Source: a virus
Lineage: Duplodnaviria > Heunggongvirae > Uroviricota > Caudoviricetes
Virus record (IMG/VR): IMGVR_UViG_3300011888_000033
Coordinates: 1 to 9,587 of that record
DNA: 9,587 nt
Strand: one strand, 5' to 3'
This document shows positions 5,438 through 9,587 of the stretch, in pieces. The position numbers and the translations under genes were made by a program. The notes under the pieces are model-generated. The model ran no database searches. It was not told the DNA's origin and saw only the letters and a list, made by a program, of their open reading frames with translations. Numbering within the stretch: position 1 is the stretch's first letter; every line of letters begins with the position of its first letter.

Positions 5438-7507
5438 ATGAAAGGTAATATTCTTGGGGATATCCGAGCTGAACATGACGAAAAGATGTTGGAAGCTTCA
5501 TTTTGGCAAACAACTGATTATAAAGCTCTTCTCGAATCCTACGATCGATGCATCATTGTTGGCCGCAGAGGAACAGGAAAAAGTGCTCTGGTGCATATGC
5601 TTTCCAAACATTGGCATGCTAAGCCAAAAACCTATGTGATGACTATTAGTCCGGTTGAAGAACAAATTATTGGATTAAGGGATGTTATTTCTTTATTTGG
5701 TGAAAATTACTTACATATAAAAGCCGGTAGCAAGTTAGCATGGCGATATGCTATTTATATGGAGCTGCTTTCTGAGATCGCAAGTCATTACAAGATGAAA
5801 AACGATCTTGACTACAAAAGTGTAGAGTCGCATTTATTATCTTGGGGACCGAAGAGACAAAATATAAGTAGCAAAATAAGAAAAAAATTGAACGCTATTC
5901 TCGATGATAACAAAAATATAAAACCAGCTACAAGAATAGCCGAATTATCCGATAAATTTGAACTTGACTTATTGGAAGAGGTGATAGAAGAAGCAATTTC
6001 GAAGTCAAATAATCAATTTGTTATTTTTGCTGATAGGCTTGATGAAGGCTATACACCGGATAATCTTGGTGTTGCAATAGTTGATGGTTTCATTCAGGCT
6101 GTGATTGATATAAAACAAAATATGAATGAAAAGGTTATTGCCTTTGCATTTGTTAGAGATAATATTCATCGAGCCATATCAAAAATGGACCCTGATTTTA
6201 CTCGAAATATTGAAGGGCAAGTACTGAGATTACATTGGGATGAATATAACTTGTTTAATCTTGTATGCAATAGAATGAGGGTCGCTTTTAACTCAACCAT
6301 TGAGAACAACACGAGGGTGTGGAATGCTTACACCGCAAATGAATTACAGTCTAATACCGGTTTTAAAGAAACATTGAAACTGACTCTATATAGGCCAAGA
6401 GATATTTTGGTTTTGTTAAATAATGCATTCTTGCGAGCAAACACACATGATCGTAATCGTATTGTCATTGATGACATTCAAGCAACAGCGAATACTATTT
6501 CACAAAATAGACTCAATGATTTGTTAAAAGAATATGAGAATGTATTTCCTGCATTAGATATATTTACATCGCAATTTGCTAATAGCAAACCTTACTACAG
6601 TGTTTCTGAAGCGTCATCTAAGATACAATATGCCCTTGATCTCAATGGCGTTATTGACAAGATGAAAATGCAGGATTTACTTCTTTTTGAAGGGCCAATC
6701 CAGGTGATTCAACGACTTTACAGTGTTGGATTTATTGGGTTGTATAACCAGCAGTCATCTTCATATGTATTTTGCCATGACGGTAAGGAACCTGAAAAAG
6801 AATTTACACCAGATTCAAAATTGCTATTGCATCCATGCTACTGGCTAGCATTAAGTGTTCATGAATCAGAGATGACTCCCGATGCTGCTGATGATATTCA
6901 TGATGAATATGATATTGAGGTCAGCTCTGTTTCCGAAGAGCAGAGGAAACAACGAATCGGTTCGTTGCTCCAAGAACTACATAATATACCTGAAGGACCT
7001 GAAGGTGCTGTCGATTTTGAAGCATGGGCGCTCAAAACTATAAAGTTACTATTTGCTACGAATTTAACGAACATTGAGTTGCATCCCAATAAAAATGGGT
7101 TGCAGCAAAGAGATATTATAGCGACAAATATAGCTGACACTCCAGTTTGGAAGAGAATTCTGACAGATTATCAGACACGGCAAGTTGTTTTTGAAGTGAA
7201 AAACTATAAAACATTAGGTGCTGCAGAATATAGACAGGTAAATTCCTATTTGTTTAAAGACTATGGGCGGATAGCTTTTATCATAAATAGAGATCACACA
7301 GAGAATTTAGAAAAACATAAAGAGCTTACGTGGGTAAAAGAAATTTATGATAATCATAATAAATTAGTTGTGAAGTTACCCTCTAAGTTCCTTGAAAGGC
7401 ATCTGTCAAAAATGAGAAGCCCGCAAAAACATGACGAAGTTAATAAACAATTAGGTAAACTGCTCGATCAGTACATAAGGGTCTATTTAAATAATAAATG
7501 TAAGTAA
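5438..7507 (+). CDS. Candidate anti-phage defence protein: N-terminal P-loop ATPase fused to a C-terminal PD-(D/E)xK-like nuclease (689 aa); family not assigned
   Basis: Single long track ORF with AAGGA RBS 6 nt upstream. Visibly AT-rich relative to flanking prophage genes. Walker A GRRGTGKS (aa 42-49, nt 5561..5584). Walker B-like VIFADRLDE (nt 6020..6046). C-terminal motif DFE(528)AWALK ... RD(559)IIATN ... VVFE(586)VK(588)NYK (nt about 7013..7201) fits the E/D/ExK catalytic pattern of restriction-endonuclease-fold nucleases. Followed by an intrinsic terminator. Confidence 0.75.
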   Translation: MKGNILGDIRAEHDEKMLEASFWQTTDYKALLESYDRCIIVGRRGTGKSALVHMLSKHWHAKPKTYVMTISPVEEQIIGLRDVISLFGENYLHIKAGSKLAWRYAIYMELLSEIASHYKMKNDLDYKSVESHLLSWGPKRQNISSKIRKKLNAILDDNKNIKPATRIAELSDKFELDLLEEVIEEAISKSNNQFVIFADRLDEGYTPDNLGVAIVDGFIQAVIDIKQNMNEKVIAFAFVRDNIHRAISKMDPDFTRNIEGQVLRLHWDEYNLFNLVCNRMRVAFNSTIENNTRVWNAYTANELQSNTGFKETLKLTLYRPRDILVLLNNAFLRANTHDRNRIVIDDIQATANTISQNRLNDLLKEYENVFPALDIFTSQFANSKPYYSVSEASSKIQYALDLNGVIDKMKMQDLLLFEGPIQVIQRLYSVGFIGLYNQQSSSYVFCHDGKEPEKEFTPDSKLLLHPCYWLALSVHESEMTPDAADDIHDEYDIEVSSVSEEQRKQRIGSLLQELHNIPEGPEGAVDFEAWALKTIKLLFATNLTNIELHPNKNGLQQRDIIATNIADTPVWKRILTDYQTRQVVFEVKNYKTLGAAEYRQVNSYLFKDYGRIAFIINRDHTENLEKHKELTWVKEIYDNHNKLVVKLPSKFLERHLSKMRSPQKHDEVNKQLGKLLDQYIRVYLNNKCK

Positions 7508-7516
7508 TTCAATCTT

Positions 7517-7548
7517 TACCGAAAGATCATGTATCTTTCGGTATTTTT
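7517..7548 (+). terminator. Rho-independent terminator of the 689-aa gene
   Basis: Perfect 11-bp stem TACCGAAAGAT (7517..7527) / ATCTTTCGGTA (7533..7543) with 5-nt loop CATGT, then TTTTT (7544..7548). Begins 10 nt after the stop codon. Confidence 0.6.
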
Positions 7549-7639
7549 AAGTGAGAGTAATCAAAATCGTAATGAGAGCTATATAATAATCTGTATAGAT
7601 TAATTTACGAACGATTCAACATTTACCGTTATTATGACG

Positions 7640-7765
7640 GTGCAGGTTGCAAGGAAAGACCTCTGCGAGGTACGAATCCGAACCGACCAGACGGAGGTCG
7701 CTGTCTTCACAGCTTACGAACTTGGGGAGTAAGAGGACCAGCGGGGAGAAATCCCCGCAACCTCT
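7640..7765 (+). other. GC-rich hairpin-dense non-coding element inside the AT-rich island (candidate structured RNA); strand and function unknown
   Basis: No credible ORF. 7-bp stem with GAAA tetraloop (7741..7758). Hairpin GACCTC.../...GAGGTC (7658..7665 with 7692..7699). Hairpin CTTAC/GTAAG (7713..7717 with 7729..7733). Possible closing helix AGGTT/AACCT (7644..7648 with 7759..7763). A perfect TATAAT sits at 7582..7587 upstream. Confidence 0.25.
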
Positions 7766-8195
7766 GATGTATTATGCATCCTCAACGCAGCCACAGTTAA
7801 CCTGATTGGCGGGTTTACTTCATCTGTAAATATTTTTATAAAAATAATGCCCACGCACAGCATAAAACAAAAAGTATTACAGATAAAAAAGGAACGTAAT
7901 GTACAGATTTGTTGTTTTCCATATTTACTCACCTTAATATGATTAACCCTGATAGGGCTGTTATTTCAGCGGTTTTCAAATGAGATATTATGGTGATCTG
8001 ACAAATTTGCATAACATTAAAATTTAATTTGTTTAACCGCTTTTAATAATAAGCGTTGTTTGTATCCCAGCAATCTGTTGTTTGGTCTTTATTCCATTAA
8101 GGTGGGGGCTTTACACTGGAACCAGTTTATTTATACTTTATACGTCAGCCTGAACAACTGGCATCTGCTGCACTGCGCCATCGAGAGATTGAGAA

Positions 8196-8894
8196 ATGGC
8201 GCATATACAACTGGTCAAACAAACTTCTTCTGGTTTACTTCTCCCGGCGACGCCGGAGAGTTGCGATTTTCTGCATCAAATCAAAATAGGTGAGTGGATA
8301 CACGCAGACTTTAAGCGTGTGCGTAACTACGCATTCCACAAGCGTTTTTTCAAACTCCTGCAACTGGGATTCGATTACTGGACTCCGGTCGGTGGGGCGA
8401 TCACGCCTCGCGAACGAGAACTGCTGTCTGGTTTCGTTGATTACCTGTGCGAATCAGTTGGTCGGGAACACACGCCAGCCCTGAGTGATGCCGCAGAGCA
8501 ATACCTTAACACCGTTGCGACTCGTAGAACCCGGGATACGGCGTTGCTAAAGTCGTTTGAGGCTTTCCGCGAGTGGGTAACCATTCAGGCCGGATTTTAC
8601 ACCGAGCATATTTATCCGGACGGTAGCCGTGGGCGTCGGGCAAAATCCATCGCTTTTGCGAATATGGACGAAGTCGAGTTTCAGCAGGTTTATAAATCTG
8701 TACTGAATGTGCTGTGGAACTGGATTCTGTTCCGTAAATTCTCCTCTCAGGAGGAAGTTGAAGATGTGCCAGATCAGAATCCCTGGCTACTGCAATCACA
8801 ATCCCGAAACCTCTGTGCTGGCGCATTACAGGCTGGCGGGGACGTGCGGAACAGCGACAAAACCACACGATATGCAGGCGGCGATAGCCTGTAG
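8196..8894 (+). CDS. Conserved lambdoid nin-region protein (possibly DUF1367-like); function unknown
   Basis: Track ORF, 232 aa, normal GC content. Position upstream of a YbcO-like gene and a Q-like gene fits a nin-region gene. Its 3' end overlaps the next gene by 131 nt, so the true stop may be earlier or there is a frame problem. Confidence 0.45.
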   Translation: MAHIQLVKQTSSGLLLPATPESCDFLHQIKIGEWIHADFKRVRNYAFHKRFFKLLQLGFDYWTPVGGAITPRERELLSGFVDYLCESVGREHTPALSDAAEQYLNTVATRRTRDTALLKSFEAFREWVTIQAGFYTEHIYPDGSRGRRAKSIAFANMDEVEFQQVYKSVLNVLWNWILFRKFSSQEEVEDVPDQNPWLLQSQSRNLCAGALQAGGDVRNSDKTTRYAGGDSL

Positions 8895-9021
8895 CTCATG
8901 CCACGATCTAATCGACGGGCGGGTAAAAACCAGCGATTACACCAAAGAAGAATTGCGCCTGATGCATGCTGAAGGGGTTTTTCGCACACAAGAAATCTGG
9001 AGAAAGAAAGGTCATTTATGA
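8764..9021 (+). CDS. YbcO-like small Cys-rich putative nuclease (DUF1364-like)
   Basis: Part of track ORF 8707..9021. AGGAGG lies 8 nt before the ATG at 8764. MCQIRIPGYCNHNPETSVLAHYRLAGTCGTATKPHDMQAAIACSSCHDLIDGR resembles DLP12 YbcO as I recall it (CQVRIPGVCNGNPETSVLAH...TKP...IACSACHD). Alternative start at ATG 8707. Stop overlaps the next gene (ATGA at 9018..9021). Confidence 0.55.
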   Translation: MCQIRIPGYCNHNPETSVLAHYRLAGTCGTATKPHDMQAAIACSSCHDLIDGRVKTSDYTKEELRLMHAEGVFRTQEIWRKKGHL

Positions 9022-9560
9022 TTTACCCAACGAATACAGGAAAAAGCGGAGAACACCTTCGCCTCACCACGCTGGAAAGTGTCTGGATTCAGGGAAAACT
9101 ACGTATGTGGGGGCGCTGGTCGTATATTGGCGGTGGCAGGTCAGGGAATATGTTCAATCAGTTGTTGGCATCCAAAAAACTGACGAAAACAGCCATTAAT
9201 GAAGCCCTGCGCAGAATGAAAAAAGCGGGAATAGAGAAAGCTGAGCTGGAAGCGTTTTTGCGAGAGATGATCAACGGCAAGCAAAAGAGCTGGCTGGCGC
9301 ATTGTACTGATGCAGAGGCGTTATGTATTGATCGAGTCATAAGTGAGGTGCTGGCAGAGCATCCAGGATTGATTTGCATTCTCCGGCAACGCTATGAAGG
9401 GCGGGGGATGGCTAAGCGCAAAATGGCTGAATTGCTAAATGATGCACACCCAGAGTGGTGTTTTAGCACATGCGAAAAACGGATTGCTAATTGGTTAGCT
9501 GTTGCTGAGTATGCCCTATATATTCCCATGCGTGAATCATTTGCTGAGAAAATGGCTTGA
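9018..9560 (+). CDS. Putative late-gene antiterminator Q-like protein
   Basis: Track ORF, 180 aa, translationally coupled to the YbcO-like gene. It is the last gene before the window end, where a lambdoid Q would sit. RMWGRWSY resembles the RWGAW motif near the N-terminus of Q21/QuuD-type antiterminators. C-terminus is HTH-like. Assignment is by position and weak motif only. Confidence 0.45.
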   Translation: MIYPTNTGKSGEHLRLTTLESVWIQGKLRMWGRWSYIGGGRSGNMFNQLLASKKLTKTAINEALRRMKKAGIEKAELEAFLREMINGKQKSWLAHCTDAEALCIDRVISEVLAEHPGLICILRQRYEGRGMAKRKMAELLNDAHPEWCFSTCEKRIANWLAVAEYALYIPMRESFAEKMA

Positions 9561-9587
9561 TTTCTTACGTATAAACTGCTTCAATTT

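Noticed and set aside
5454-5639. Plus-strand ORF of 61 aa inside the 689-aa gene (other frame); also 6898..7140 minus
   Set aside because: Alternative frames of the long, well-supported ORF.
7640-7765. Possibility that the structured element is a tRNA or an attachment-site tRNA remnant
   Set aside because: At about 125 nt it is too long, and I could not fit a cloverleaf with a canonical T-loop (GTTCRANYC) or anticodon arm; no CCA-adjacent acceptor pairing was seen.
7714-7932. Minus-strand ORF of 72 aa across the GC-rich structured element
   Set aside because: No RBS, and Cys/Phe-rich nonsense-like sequence; the region is better explained as non-coding structured DNA/RNA.
8060-8293. Plus-strand ORF of 77 aa overlapping the start of the nin-region gene
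   Set aside because: It begins in the AT-rich spacer, is out of frame with the 232-aa ORF and has no RBS.
1-9587. CRISPR arrays, IS elements, integrase or att sites
   Set aside because: No regularly spaced direct repeats, no transposase- or integrase-like ORFs, and no terminal inverted repeats were seen anywhere in the window.

Overview
The window reads as the early/immunity-to-Q region of a Rac-like lambdoid prophage from an enterobacterium (probably Escherichia). Left to right: the 5' end of kilR (minus, truncated by the window edge), sieB (plus, interrupted by a 10-N gap), two tiny minus-strand genes matching ydaF and ydaG in length and position, the immunity repressor racR (minus) flanked by operator-like regions that share a 7-mer, then a rightward operon ydaS-ydaT-ydaU-ydaV (Cro-like, toxic partner, replication initiator, DnaC-like loader) and a DUF1627-like gene. 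Downstream lies a visibly AT-rich insertion (about 5185..8195) with its own RBS and a clean intrinsic terminator. It carries one 689-aa ORF with an N-terminal P-loop ATPase (Walker A GRRGTGKS) and a C-terminal PD-(D/E)xK-like nuclease motif (E...D...ExK), which I read as a candidate single-gene anti-phage defence protein of a family I cannot name. After it come a GC-rich, hairpin-dense non-coding element, a nin-region gene, a YbcO-like nuclease gene and a putative Q antiterminator. All calls are by eye from translation, motifs, synteny and recalled sequences; no searches were run.
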